Below the pieces are notes generated by a model that had not been told where the DNA came from, ran no database searches, and saw nothing but the letters and a program-made list of their open reading frames with translations. A DNA stretch of 64,000 nt, taken from contig CAYZIY010000001.1 of assembly GCA_964478715.1 (NCBI GenBank), forward strand, positions 213,196 through 277,195. The letters are read 5' to 3'. Source of the DNA: an uncultured Planctomycetales bacterium. Its GTDB lineage: Bacteria; Omnitrophota; Gorgyraeia; Zapsychrales; JBDRMG01. A program made the translations under genes and the position numbers. This document shows, piece by piece, positions 46,763-55,438 of the stretch. Within the stretch, counting starts at the first letter, position 1, and every line of letters begins with the position of its first letter.

Positions 46763-47218
46763 TACTGTGATACGTGAATAATTAATTTTATAGATTCCCT
46801 TAAGCTTGGCCCTTGACTTGAGCGAATTTTCTAAGCGTTTTTGGCAACCGCCTTTAACAACCGAAAATTTTGTCGAAGCTTTGTTGAGACCTGCGATTTT
46901 CGGCCGGTTTTCCCCTGGATTCCTTCTTTCAAATATTTCCTGCCGACTAGGTATATTTCTTTTGCTTCTGGAAACCGGTCGGGAGATCGATTTTTCGGTG
47001 GCCTGAAGACAGAAAGGGAGATACGCTGGCTATTTCCACCATGGGCGTTATCGCATCGCTTGTGATAGGAATTCTCTTAAGCTTGATGTTGCCTGATAAA
47101 TATTTAATTGATTCTGGCCAGAGAATTATTTTTGCTTTGCTTATGGCCACATTGATCGATGTTTTTCTCAGAAAAATTAGCAACAAAAGTTTTCCAGAAT
47201 CACGAACAATGTTGACGA

Positions 47219-47566
47219 TTAGCTACTCCCGGGGGATGCTATTCGGCAGAATCGCCCAGCAGATGGGCGTCCATGGTCTGTTTGGTTTTTTCTTGGCTTG
47301 TGTGGTTGCCGGGTAGTCCAAGGCTCTTTCAGAAAAAAACACGTCAGGTCATTTCCCAGATGGTCTTTGCGATAATCCGCCAGGAGGTTGAAGAATCGGC
47401 TCTTTCCGATACAGAGGATTGATTGCACATGTTCGCGTTTGATTTCGCCGTTAAGATACTGCTGGATAAGATCTTTGACTTGTTCATTAGTAGATTTTTT
47501 GTGGATTTGTTTTGCCATACAGGGCTTCCTTTCCATAGAGGTCAAGTATGACTTAAAGGTGTTCAC
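47219..47566 (-). pseudogene. HTH-domain protein fragment, possibly a transposase N-terminal remnant
   Basis: The first 50 aa (MAKQIHKKSTNEQVKDLIQQYLNGEIKREHVQSILCIGKSRFFNLLADYRKD) look like an HTH. The remaining 60 aa are low-complexity. It sits in a roughly 940-bp gene-poor region with inverted repeats. Confidence 0.25.
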
Positions 47567-47701
47567 TTTTTAATAGAAATCTCTTTAAAAACTGTCCATT
47601 TTTAATTTGGAAATGATAAAGCTAAATATCTTGCTTTTCTTTTGTGATATTTTTGTTAAAATAATAAAGATAGAACATAATAAAAAAAGGTAGGATACGC
47701 T

Positions 47702-48103
47702 ATGGCAAAAAAAATTCTTGTTGTCGATGATGACCCAACCGTTGTACACTTGATCCAATCTCGCATGGAAGTCAACGGGTATGAAGTGATCTCCGCTTCC
47801 GATGGAGAAGAGGGCTTGAAATTTGTTCGGGATTATGAGCCGAATTTGGTTTTGCTTGACGTGATTCTGCCAAAAATGGATGGGTATACTTTTGTTAAAG
47901 AATTTAAAAAGATTGCAGATCTGAAAACCATTCCCGTCATTGTCATGACCGTTAAAAGCCAGCTTCAGGATCTCTTCAAGCAAGAAGGCATTGAGGCCTA
48001 TATTATCAAACCCATCAAGCTTCAGGATTTATTGAAAAAGGTCGAGTCTTATATCGGACCCGCTCAAGGCCCAAGCAATCCGCAATCCCAGCAAGGAACA
48101 TAA
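47702..48103 (+). CDS. CheY-like stand-alone response regulator receiver
   Basis: REC elements are KKILVVDDDPTVVHLI, LVLLDVILPKMDG, VIVMTVK and YIIKPIK. Confidence 0.85.
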   Translation: MAKKILVVDDDPTVVHLIQSRMEVNGYEVISASDGEEGLKFVRDYEPNLVLLDVILPKMDGYTFVKEFKKIADLKTIPVIVMTVKSQLQDLFKQEGIEAYIIKPIKLQDLLKKVESYIGPAQGPSNPQSQQGT

Positions 48104-48138
48104 GAACTTATCCATTGGTTCAAATTGACGTCGAGAAA

Positions 48139-49653
48139 ATGAAAAGAGTTTTCTCAATCTTAACGGTTATCTTCTTGTTTTCATCCGTTGCCTGTGGTGA
48201 AACTTTCATCAAAAGACCGAATGTCAGCGGGCGTTTTTATGACAGCCACCCGGCCCAGCTTTCTCAAAAGATCGATATCTATTTTCAGCAGGCGGATATT
48301 AAGCCATGGGAAAAGAATATCCAAATCTTAATGGCGCCTCATGCTGGTTATGCGTTCTCCGGGCCAGTTGCCGCCTATGCCTACAAGGCTGCTTCGAGGC
48401 AGCGGCCCAAAACGATTATTATCTTGGCATCTACTCATTTTCACCGTTTTCAGGGAGTTTCTATCTGGCCCAAAGGACAATTCGAGACGCCTTTAGGCGC
48501 TTTGCCTGTTGATGAGGAGATGACCCAGCAGCTGATCAATTATGACCAGCAGTTTCGGTTTTATCGCAAAGCGTTCGATCAAGAGCATTCCCTGGAAGTC
48601 CAGCTGCCATTTTGCCAAAAGACATTCTCAGATTTTAAGATCGTTCCTTTAATAATGGGGCAGCCAGATTTTGAGATCAGTCAGAAATTGGCTGAAGCTC
48701 TCAATGCCGTGATCGCTCAGCGGAATGATGTTTTGATTGTCATAAGCACGGACATGTCTCATTATAAGCCGGATCAAAAAGCCCGAATAATTGATAGAAA
48801 AACCACGGAGGCTCTAGAAAATTTTAAAATTGAAAAACTGTGGCGGGGATGCCAAAACCGGACAATGGAATTATGCGGGTATTCTTCGGTTGTGACCGGA
48901 CTTCTTTATGCGCGCTTAAGAGGTTTCGGTGGAATTCAAGTGCTGCATTACGGGAATTCGGCGGATGCTTCTGGTGATCAAAGCCGGGTTGTCGGATATA
49001 TGGCGGCTGTCATTTACGAAAAGGAAGATAGAAACTCAAAGCCAAAGAAAGGACAGGCTATCCAAATGAATCCGGACAAAAGAAATGACAGGACGGCCCC
49101 GTTGACTTTAAAACAGAAAACAAAATTGATTGAAGTGGCCAGAGACGCGATCGAGACATTCGTCCTCAGCCAGAAAAAGATTGATCTTAATAATAATGAT
49201 CCGAGGCTGCAGGAAGAAGAAGGCGCTTTTGTCACCATCCACAAAAATGGCCGGTTGCGTGGGTGTATCGGAAATATTATCGGACGCAGACCGTTGATTC
49301 AAACTGTCCGCGATATGGCGATTGCCGCGGCCGTTGATGATCCGCGCTTCCCGCCTTTAAAAAAAGAAGAATGGCAAGATATCGATGTAGAAATTTCTGT
49401 TTTATCCAAGCCGTGGCGCATGCAAGATCCAGACGAATTTCGGGCTGGAGTTCACGGAGCTATTATCCGACGGGGATTCAATCAAGGCGTCTTTCTGCCG
49501 CAGGTGGCTACGGAATTCAGCTGGGGCCGCGACGAATTTCTTTCCCATCTGTGCGCTCACAAGGCGGGTCTGCCGTCTGATGCGTGGAAGGACCCCCGCA
49601 CAGAAGTCCAGTTATTTACAGCCGAGGTTTTTAGCGAGAAGGACATCAAATAA
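48139..49653 (+). CDS. MEMO1-family (AmmeMemoRadiSam protein B) fused to AMMECR1 domain (protein A), with N-terminal lipoprotein-type signal peptide
   Basis: MEMO1 motifs are MAPHAGYAFSG, DMSHY and CGYSS. The AMMECR1 motif is GAFVTIHKNGRLRGCIGNI. The N-terminus reads MKRVFSILTVIFLFSSVAC|G. Confidence 0.8.
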   Translation: MKRVFSILTVIFLFSSVACGETFIKRPNVSGRFYDSHPAQLSQKIDIYFQQADIKPWEKNIQILMAPHAGYAFSGPVAAYAYKAASRQRPKTIIILASTHFHRFQGVSIWPKGQFETPLGALPVDEEMTQQLINYDQQFRFYRKAFDQEHSLEVQLPFCQKTFSDFKIVPLIMGQPDFEISQKLAEALNAVIAQRNDVLIVISTDMSHYKPDQKARIIDRKTTEALENFKIEKLWRGCQNRTMELCGYSSVVTGLLYARLRGFGGIQVLHYGNSADASGDQSRVVGYMAAVIYEKEDRNSKPKKGQAIQMNPDKRNDRTAPLTLKQKTKLIEVARDAIETFVLSQKKIDLNNNDPRLQEEEGAFVTIHKNGRLRGCIGNIIGRRPLIQTVRDMAIAAAVDDPRFPPLKKEEWQDIDVEISVLSKPWRMQDPDEFRAGVHGAIIRRGFNQGVFLPQVATEFSWGRDEFLSHLCAHKAGLPSDAWKDPRTEVQLFTAEVFSEKDIK

Positions 49654-49746
49654 AAAGAGTGTGCGAAATCATTGATTTTGCTCTCTTTTTGAATTAAAAT
49701 ACATCTGCGATAAAGGCTCAAGAGATCAATAACAAAGGAGAACCAT

Positions 49747-50151
49747 ATGGCTGCTCAAAAGAGAAGTTTTTTTAGAGTCACAGAATTCCAGAAACCATTT
49801 TTAAATCTCGTCATAGGATTGGCTGTTATTACGCTAACCATGATGGTTGTTTGCATCGGATTTCTCCTTTATGATGTATCCACTTTTATTGTGGATCCGC
49901 AAAGCACGGTTAACACCATGAAGGCCATGGTGTATTTACTTTTAATTCTCCTTCCATTGATTTTGATGGGAGGCATCTTTTGGGCCTATTACATTACCAG
50001 TAAGGTGATTGGTCCCTTTGAGCGGTTGATCCGAGAGCTTGATGAAATTCTGGAAACAGGAAAGAAAAAGCATCTGCAGACTCGACAGGGTGACCGGCTG
50101 GCCAAGGAGATGCTCAAGCGTATTAATGCCTTGATCGATCGCATGTCATGA
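49747..50151 (+). CDS. Small membrane protein (2 TM + C-terminal helix)
   Basis: Two hydrophobic helices are followed by a charged amphipathic tail. Confidence 0.45.
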   Translation: MAAQKRSFFRVTEFQKPFLNLVIGLAVITLTMMVVCIGFLLYDVSTFIVDPQSTVNTMKAMVYLLLILLPLILMGGIFWAYYITSKVIGPFERLIRELDEILETGKKKHLQTRQGDRLAKEMLKRINALIDRMS

Positions 50152-50504
50152 AGTTGCCTTTCAGCGGTCTTTTTTTCTTTCTGTTGATCTCCGGAGTTGT
50201 ATTTGCCCATCCCCCAGATGCGATCCATTTATCCTATCAAGAGGATACTCAGATTCTCAAGATTGTGGTCGATCATAACGCCCGTAATATCAGAGATCAT
50301 TTTATCCGACGAATTGTTGTTCTACACAATAAACAGGAAATAAGAGATGAGATTTTTCCAACTCAGAGTGATCATCAGACGCAGATAATGGATGTTTCTC
50401 TCAAGGCAGAGAATGGCGACCGTATTCGGGTAAAAGCCTATTGTTCGCAGGCGGGATACAAAGAGAAGACTCTCGATATAGTCTTAGAAGAAGATGATAA
50501 ATAG
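50148..50504 (+). CDS. Small secreted protein, unknown function
   Basis: The signal peptide reads MKLPFSGLFFFLLISGVVFA. The gene overlaps the upstream gene by 4 bp. Confidence 0.45.
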   Translation: MKLPFSGLFFFLLISGVVFAHPPDAIHLSYQEDTQILKIVVDHNARNIRDHFIRRIVVLHNKQEIRDEIFPTQSDHQTQIMDVSLKAENGDRIRVKAYCSQAGYKEKTLDIVLEEDDK

Positions 50505-50522
50505 ATAAGATGGCAGGATAAA

Positions 50523-50570
50523 AAATCCCGCCCTTTTAGACAGAAGTCCAAAAGGGCGGGATTTATTTTT
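50523..50570. terminator. Bidirectional rho-independent terminator (15-bp stem AAATCCCGCCCTTTT/AAAAGGGCGGGATTT) between convergent genes
   Basis: A perfect 15-bp inverted repeat has A-runs upstream and T-runs downstream. Confidence 0.8.
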
Positions 50571-50586
50571 AGATGCTGTGGCTGTC

Positions 50587-51483
50587 TTATCTCAGTAGTG
50601 TTTTCACTCTAGTATCCGTAGCCGGATCTTCCGGAGGCGGTGGCGGAGGAAGAACCGGATCTGATGGCTCCTGAGGTGCGCTCAATTCAAAGTGAGCATA
50701 ACCTCCGCTGGTTTCCTCTTCAATACATTCCGGGGCTGGACCTTTGCTGCTTAAATATTCAGAAAGATAAGTCAGGTCTTCGATGTTGATGGCTCCATCT
50801 GCATTGACATCGCCCGTACCTTCGGCCAAAGCCGCTCCTGAGCGGAACATGAAATTCGCCAAATGAACAGCATCTTGTTGATTCACGGCGGCATCATTAT
50901 TGATATCGGCACAAGAATAATACACTCTTATTTCCGGATCACAGATTGGCGCAGGACCGCTGCCGCTGATAAATTGGCTTAAAAAGACCACATCGCTGAT
51001 ATTTCTGGCGCCGTCTCCGTTCATATCACAATCCTCATCAGGGATTGTGCCATCATTTAAGATAGCATCGGCATCAGCATAATTGATTTTATTATCTTTA
51101 TTGACATCCGCGCAAGGCGCCTGGCGATAACTGGGGCAAAGCGGTGCCGGTCCGCCCTGAAGAAGATAATCATTCAGATAATTTAAATCCACAACATTAA
51201 CAATACCATCTAAATTCATATCGGCTGCATGTTCAAGCGGAGGAGGCGACCCCTGGTGAAACATATATTGAATCAAATAGGGCAGGTCCATCAAATGGAC
51301 CATTCCGTTTCCATCCACATCACCGCAGACAAAATTGCTGGGAAGGGAAGGATAGACCGGTGTTTCGTCTCCGGCATTATCCGTTGCTCCGCTAAAATCC
51401 CAGCTGCCATCAGCTGCATAAGCCAATGACTGTGCACCAACAAACAATACGCAAATAACTAAACCTGTGATTAATTTTTTCAT
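50587..51483 (-). CDS. Secreted protein composed of six dockerin-type (EF-hand-like Ca-binding) repeats plus Pro-rich C-terminus
   Basis: The signal peptide is MKKLITGLVICVLFVGAQSLAYA. Six DxNxDGxxNxxD...L..[YF]L segments follow, for example DMNLDGIVNVVDLNYLNDYLL and DVNADGAINIEDLTYLSEYL. The tail reads PPPPPPEDP. The RBS is GAGGAGGG. Confidence 0.7.
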   Translation of the reverse strand: MKKLITGLVICVLFVGAQSLAYAADGSWDFSGATDNAGDETPVYPSLPSNFVCGDVDGNGMVHLMDLPYLIQYMFHQGSPPPLEHAADMNLDGIVNVVDLNYLNDYLLQGGPAPLCPSYRQAPCADVNKDNKINYADADAILNDGTIPDEDCDMNGDGARNISDVVFLSQFISGSGPAPICDPEIRVYYSCADINNDAAVNQQDAVHLANFMFRSGAALAEGTGDVNADGAINIEDLTYLSEYLSSKGPAPECIEEETSGGYAHFELSAPQEPSDPVLPPPPPPEDPATDTRVKTLLR

Positions 51484-51522
51484 TTTTATTCCCTCCTCTG
51501 AAAATTTCTTTTGCTGCCCAAT

Positions 51523-51555
51523 AAAAAAACCTGCATCCTTTTCTGAATACAGGTT
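51523..51555 (-). terminator. Intrinsic terminator/attenuator hairpin (ACCUGUA...UGCAGGU + U7) in the 5' leader of the dockerin gene
   Basis: On the minus strand a 7-bp stem with a 12-nt loop is followed by TTTTTTT. It lies about 25 nt upstream of the RBS and downstream of the riboswitch aptamers. Confidence 0.55.
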
Positions 51556-51571
51556 CGTCTGGTCATATACC

Positions 51572-51662
51572 GTCTTGATTCGGCAGCCAGGCTATCCTGT
51601 TTAAGGACCCTTAACTTTGCGCCCCCGCCTTCCGGCGCACACAAAATGTGTGTCAACTGATA
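51572..51662 (-). ncRNA. c-di-GMP-I (GEMM-I)-like riboswitch aptamer, copy 2 (gene-proximal)
   Basis: The minus-strand sequence reads ...GCGCC-GGAA-GGCG GGGGCGCAAAGUU AAGGGUCCUUAAAC...GGCUGCCGAAUC. It has a GNRA-capped hairpin followed by GCGCAAAG, and a 3' UGCCGAA element. It is related to copy 1 but a weaker match. Confidence 0.45.
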
Positions 51663-51695
51663 ATGCAGTTGAGGTTTACCTTTATCGTCAAGCGT

Positions 51696-51800
51696 TCTTA
51701 ATTCGGTAGCTAGGCTGCCCTATATCCTTATAAGCCTCTACCATAGGGCCCTGTGGCTTTGCGAGATCATCTTGCGATGATTGTGCTTTTGTCGTTAAGA
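51696..51800 (-). ncRNA. c-di-GMP-I (GEMM-I)-like riboswitch aptamer, copy 1
   Basis: The minus strand reads UCUUAA-CGACAAAA-GCACAA-UCAUC-[GCAA]-GAUGAU-CUCGCAAAGCC-ACAGGGCCCUAUGG...AUAGGGCAGCC-UAGCUACCGAA-UUAAGA. P1 pairs UCUUAA with UUAAGA. P2 has a GNRA loop. The CGCAAAGCC and UACCGA elements align with Vibrio Vc2 GCAAAC-CAUUC-[GAAA]-GAGUGG-GACGCAAAGCC...GGUUACCGA. Confidence 0.65.
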
Positions 51801-52072
51801 GACGTGAATACGGATTTTAAAGAACGATTGCTTCTAAACATAAGCATAAAACATAATCGAGGTCTATGCCAAAGATATTTTGAGAAAGTTGTGTTTTTTT
51901 GAAAACGTTTTCTTTAATTTTCTTACTTGCTGTAAATAAATAAGTTATAATAACAAGATTTTATCATGCCAAGAAAAAAACATGGACGTTTTTATGAAGC
52001 AGAAGTAAAATACAAACGTAAAATGAAGCCTGTTAAACATACAACGGTGTTATTCAACAGAAAACGGAACCG

Positions 52073-53968
52073 ATGATGAGAATAATAAAATTGTTGTTAC
52101 TATTAATCATAATATTAATACTTATTGTTGGAATCGTCGGATTTATTTTTATTAAGACATTTGACGCGAATCAATATCGCGATCAAATTGCCCAATGGAT
52201 GACGACATCGATTGGGCGACCGGTTTCCTTGGAATCACTGGAGCTGGCCGTTGCCATTCGGGAGGGACTTTCCCTTTATATTAAAGGAATCCAAATGGAT
52301 CAAGACCCACAAACAGCTACTGGAAATATGGTTTCTATCGAGAAGATCAGAATGAATATTCTTCTTGAACCTTTTCTTTTCAAAAGAGAAATTCATGTTT
52401 CAGCCATTGAGGCTGTTTCTCCTCATATTCGTCTTATTCGTTTAGCCGATCAGAAGCGCAAGAGCGCGGCTTTGGCCCAACCCGTCTCGCAAGAGAGCAC
52501 TGACTTAGCCGAAGAGGATCGGAAAAGAGTTGAGGGAGGTTCGAGAGCCGAATCGGGTCAATCCGCTTTTCCATTATTGGGTGTAGCAGTAAAGAATTTT
52601 CGGATTACAGACGGTCTTATTTCTTATGAAGATAAGACGCAAGAGGCATTTACCGCATTAAAGATCAGTAATATCGATGTGAAGATACAGGATTTTCAGC
52701 TTCAGGAATGGACCGATTTTGTCCTGAAAGCCGCGTTTTTGAGCTCCCGACAGAATATCGACTTAAAAGGATCTTTGCGGTTTGATTTAGAGCAGCTGCG
52801 TTTGCAATTTGAAGAAACCCATCTTCAAATCGACTTGGGTTTTGTTTCGATCGATCAATTGCAAGAAACCTTTCCTGCTCTTAGCGCTTGTCGGATCAAA
52901 GACAATTGGGCAGGTGATCTGAGTATCTCGATAGTGGATAGCCAAATGACGTTAAAAGGACTTAGCATCCTGGATGCCAGAGGATCTTTGTCAAAGGGAT
53001 TTCTCAACTGTGCGGTTATGCCTTTTGCTTTAGAGAATATTTCAGCGAATTTTCTGGCGGATCAGAAAGATTTTAAGCTGAAGAATTTCCAGGCGATCAC
53101 ACTCGCCCAGCAACAAGAATCGGGGGAGATCGCGGCCAGCGGAACGATCAATGATTATTTAAAGGATCAAGTATTCCGTTTGGATCTGGATCTTAAGAAA
53201 TTGAATTGTGCCAATCTCATCCCTCAGTCAAAAAGCGAGGTTAAGGTCGAAGGGTTCTTAAGCGGGAATTATCAACTCTCCGGAGAGGGTCTTTCTTCAG
53301 AGACAATATTCAATCTGCTCAAAGGGCAAGGGACATTTAGCCTGGAATCAGGAAAGCTGAAAAATATCAATGTCTTAAAAGAGGTCTTTCAAAAGATGTC
53401 AGTTATTCCCGGCCTGGCCGAAGATTTGGAGCAGAACTTAAGCGAAACATACAAAGAGAAACTTAAAGCCACAGATACAATCATTAAGGAGAATCAATTT
53501 ATTACCTCAGTCCAGGGGCGGAATCTGAATATTGAAGAATTTCGTGTCTCTACCGATTCCTTTGAACTTCGAGGGGAGGGGGCATTAGATCTAGAAAGGC
53601 AAATTAAATTGAGGGCGGCTTTGCAAATTCTTCCGGAATTATCGACAGCGATGGTTCAGACTGTTGAAGAGCTTGATTTCATCAGGGAATCAAACGGAAG
53701 AATTACTTTTCCTGTTGTTATTCAGGGACAAATTCCGCAGTTGAGTTATCGTCCGGATGTGGAATATCTGGGTCAGAATATATTTAAAAATCGAGGGAAA
53801 CAGGAGCTTAAAAAACTTCTTGGTGATGTTTTAGGGACAGATAAAGAAAAACAACAGAAGCAGGCGGATTCCCAAGATGATCAAAGTGATCCTGATCGGC
53901 TAACGCAACCGGAGTCATCAGCTGAGGAAAAACTCGTGGATGATTTACTGGACATGATTTTTAATTAG
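52073..53968 (+). CDS. AsmA-family protein (outer-membrane biogenesis/lipid transport-like)
   Basis: An N-terminal TM anchor precedes a long periplasmic AsmA-like beta-rich region. The tail is acidic. Confidence 0.55.
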   Translation: MMRIIKLLLLLIIILILIVGIVGFIFIKTFDANQYRDQIAQWMTTSIGRPVSLESLELAVAIREGLSLYIKGIQMDQDPQTATGNMVSIEKIRMNILLEPFLFKREIHVSAIEAVSPHIRLIRLADQKRKSAALAQPVSQESTDLAEEDRKRVEGGSRAESGQSAFPLLGVAVKNFRITDGLISYEDKTQEAFTALKISNIDVKIQDFQLQEWTDFVLKAAFLSSRQNIDLKGSLRFDLEQLRLQFEETHLQIDLGFVSIDQLQETFPALSACRIKDNWAGDLSISIVDSQMTLKGLSILDARGSLSKGFLNCAVMPFALENISANFLADQKDFKLKNFQAITLAQQQESGEIAASGTINDYLKDQVFRLDLDLKKLNCANLIPQSKSEVKVEGFLSGNYQLSGEGLSSETIFNLLKGQGTFSLESGKLKNINVLKEVFQKMSVIPGLAEDLEQNLSETYKEKLKATDTIIKENQFITSVQGRNLNIEEFRVSTDSFELRGEGALDLERQIKLRAALQILPELSTAMVQTVEELDFIRESNGRITFPVVIQGQIPQLSYRPDVEYLGQNIFKNRGKQELKKLLGDVLGTDKEKQQKQADSQDDQSDPDRLTQPESSAEEKLVDDLLDMIFN

Positions 53969-53978
53969 GGATCGATAA

Positions 53979-54479
53979 ATGGCTTTTGTTTATCAGGGAA
54001 AATTTCTTAACATCCACAGAGAAAAACACGTTTTACCCAATAAACGCAAAGCGGTCATAGAAAAGGTCGTTCATCCCGGGGCCGTTGCTATTGTCGCTTT
54101 CCTAAGCCGCAATCATATTGTTCTATTGAAGCAATATCGTCCGGTGATCGGTCGTTTTATCCTCGAAATTCCTGCCGGGACGCTCAAAAGAAATGAACGG
54201 CTGCTGACATGCGCTCGGCGCGAGCTAAAGGAAGAAACAGGCTATACGGCCCGGCAGTGGCACCGGCTCGCGAGTCTTTATCCGGTGCCCGGTTATTCGA
54301 CCGAAAGAATCATCTTATATCAGGCCCGCCAGTTGACGCAGAGAGAAATCTGCCGCGAACCGGATGAAGTCATGAAGGTCAAAATTTATAATCGCAGTGA
54401 AATACGAAAATTATTTGTCGCTAAGAAAATCCAAGATACTAAGACCTTAAGCGCTCTGGCTTTGTGCGGATGGATTTAA
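53979..54479 (+). CDS. NUDIX hydrolase (ADP-ribose pyrophosphatase-like)
   Basis: The Nudix box reads GTLKRNERLLTCARRELKEETGY. Confidence 0.85.
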   Translation: MAFVYQGKFLNIHREKHVLPNKRKAVIEKVVHPGAVAIVAFLSRNHIVLLKQYRPVIGRFILEIPAGTLKRNERLLTCARRELKEETGYTARQWHRLASLYPVPGYSTERIILYQARQLTQREICREPDEVMKVKIYNRSEIRKLFVAKKIQDTKTLSALALCGWI

Positions 54480-54489
54480 AGGGAGTATA

Positions 54490-55293
54490 ATGTCAAAAAC
54501 AAAAACGTATACGAGAAAGCGCAATCTTTTTGATCCGGCCTCAAAGACGCCGTTTCGATTAAGCCGCTCTAAACTTGAAAATTTTATCCAATGTCCAAGA
54601 TGCTTTTATCTAGACCGTCGTCTGGGTGTGGCGCAACCCTCGCTGCCGGCTTTTACTCTCAATTCGGCGGTGGATGCCCTTTTAAAAGTCGAGTTTGATT
54701 CTTACCGCTTGCAGCAGAAACCCCATCCTTTTATGACACAATCGGGATTATCCTTAATTCCCTATGCTCATCCGGAACTCGAAAGCTGGCGACATAATTT
54801 TAAAGGAATCCGCCATCATCATCAAGCGTCTAATTTTATGCTTTTCGGTGCTATTGATGATATTTGGGTTGATCAAAAGGGCCAATTGTTCATCGTTGAT
54901 TATAAAGCGACCAGTACGAATGCTGAAATCACGCTTGACAGTGAATATCGCCAGGCCTACAAGCGTCAAATGGAGATTTACCAGTGGCTCTTTCGCCAGA
55001 ATAGATTTTCTGTTTCTTCCACCGGTTATTTTGTTTATTGCAATGCCGTTAAAGATTATGGTTATTTTGATAAAAAATTGAATTTCAAATTGCATTTAAT
55101 TGAGTATCGAGGGCATGACCATTGGGTGGAGCAAAGTCTTCTTGATGCCCGCGAGTGTTTGTCCGATGATCAGCTTCCTTCTTACGGGGAAGATTGTGAA
55201 TATTGCCGATATCGACGGGGAGCCGATCAATTTGAAGCACAAAAGAATTCTGAAACATCATCCGGAAATGAAAAGCAGGGAGAGTTATTTTAG
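54490..55293 (+). CDS. PD-(D/E)XK nuclease superfamily protein with Cys cluster (Cas4/RecB-nuclease-like)
   Basis: The nuclease motif reads GAIDDIW...IVDYK (D...D-x-K). Cys occur at CPRC near the N-terminus and CEYC at the C-terminus. Confidence 0.55.
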   Translation: MSKTKTYTRKRNLFDPASKTPFRLSRSKLENFIQCPRCFYLDRRLGVAQPSLPAFTLNSAVDALLKVEFDSYRLQQKPHPFMTQSGLSLIPYAHPELESWRHNFKGIRHHHQASNFMLFGAIDDIWVDQKGQLFIVDYKATSTNAEITLDSEYRQAYKRQMEIYQWLFRQNRFSVSSTGYFVYCNAVKDYGYFDKKLNFKLHLIEYRGHDHWVEQSLLDARECLSDDQLPSYGEDCEYCRYRRGADQFEAQKNSETSSGNEKQGELF

Positions 55294-55384
55294 GTTCTTA
55301 AGATCAAGAGGTGCTGTCTGAGAAAAACTTGTTTTTTGCTGCATTTCAGTGTAGACTAAGGACAGTGTAGAAAACACAAGGAGA

Positions 55385-55421
55385 AAACAAACAGCCACGG
55401 AGGAGAGGCTGTTTGTTTTTT
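55385..55421 (+). terminator. Rho-independent terminator (12-bp stem AAACAAACAGCC/GGCTGTTTGTTT + T-run)
   Basis: The terminator lies 17 nt upstream of the PilZ-protein start codon. Confidence 0.6.
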
Positions 55422-55438
55422 AAGAGAGGATAAGGATT

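Noticed and set aside
47041-47316. 91-aa hydrophobic ORF on the + strand.
   Set aside because: There is no RBS. It overlaps the minus-strand HTH-fragment ORF and is probably noise within a decayed region. It is kept only as part of the region-level finding.
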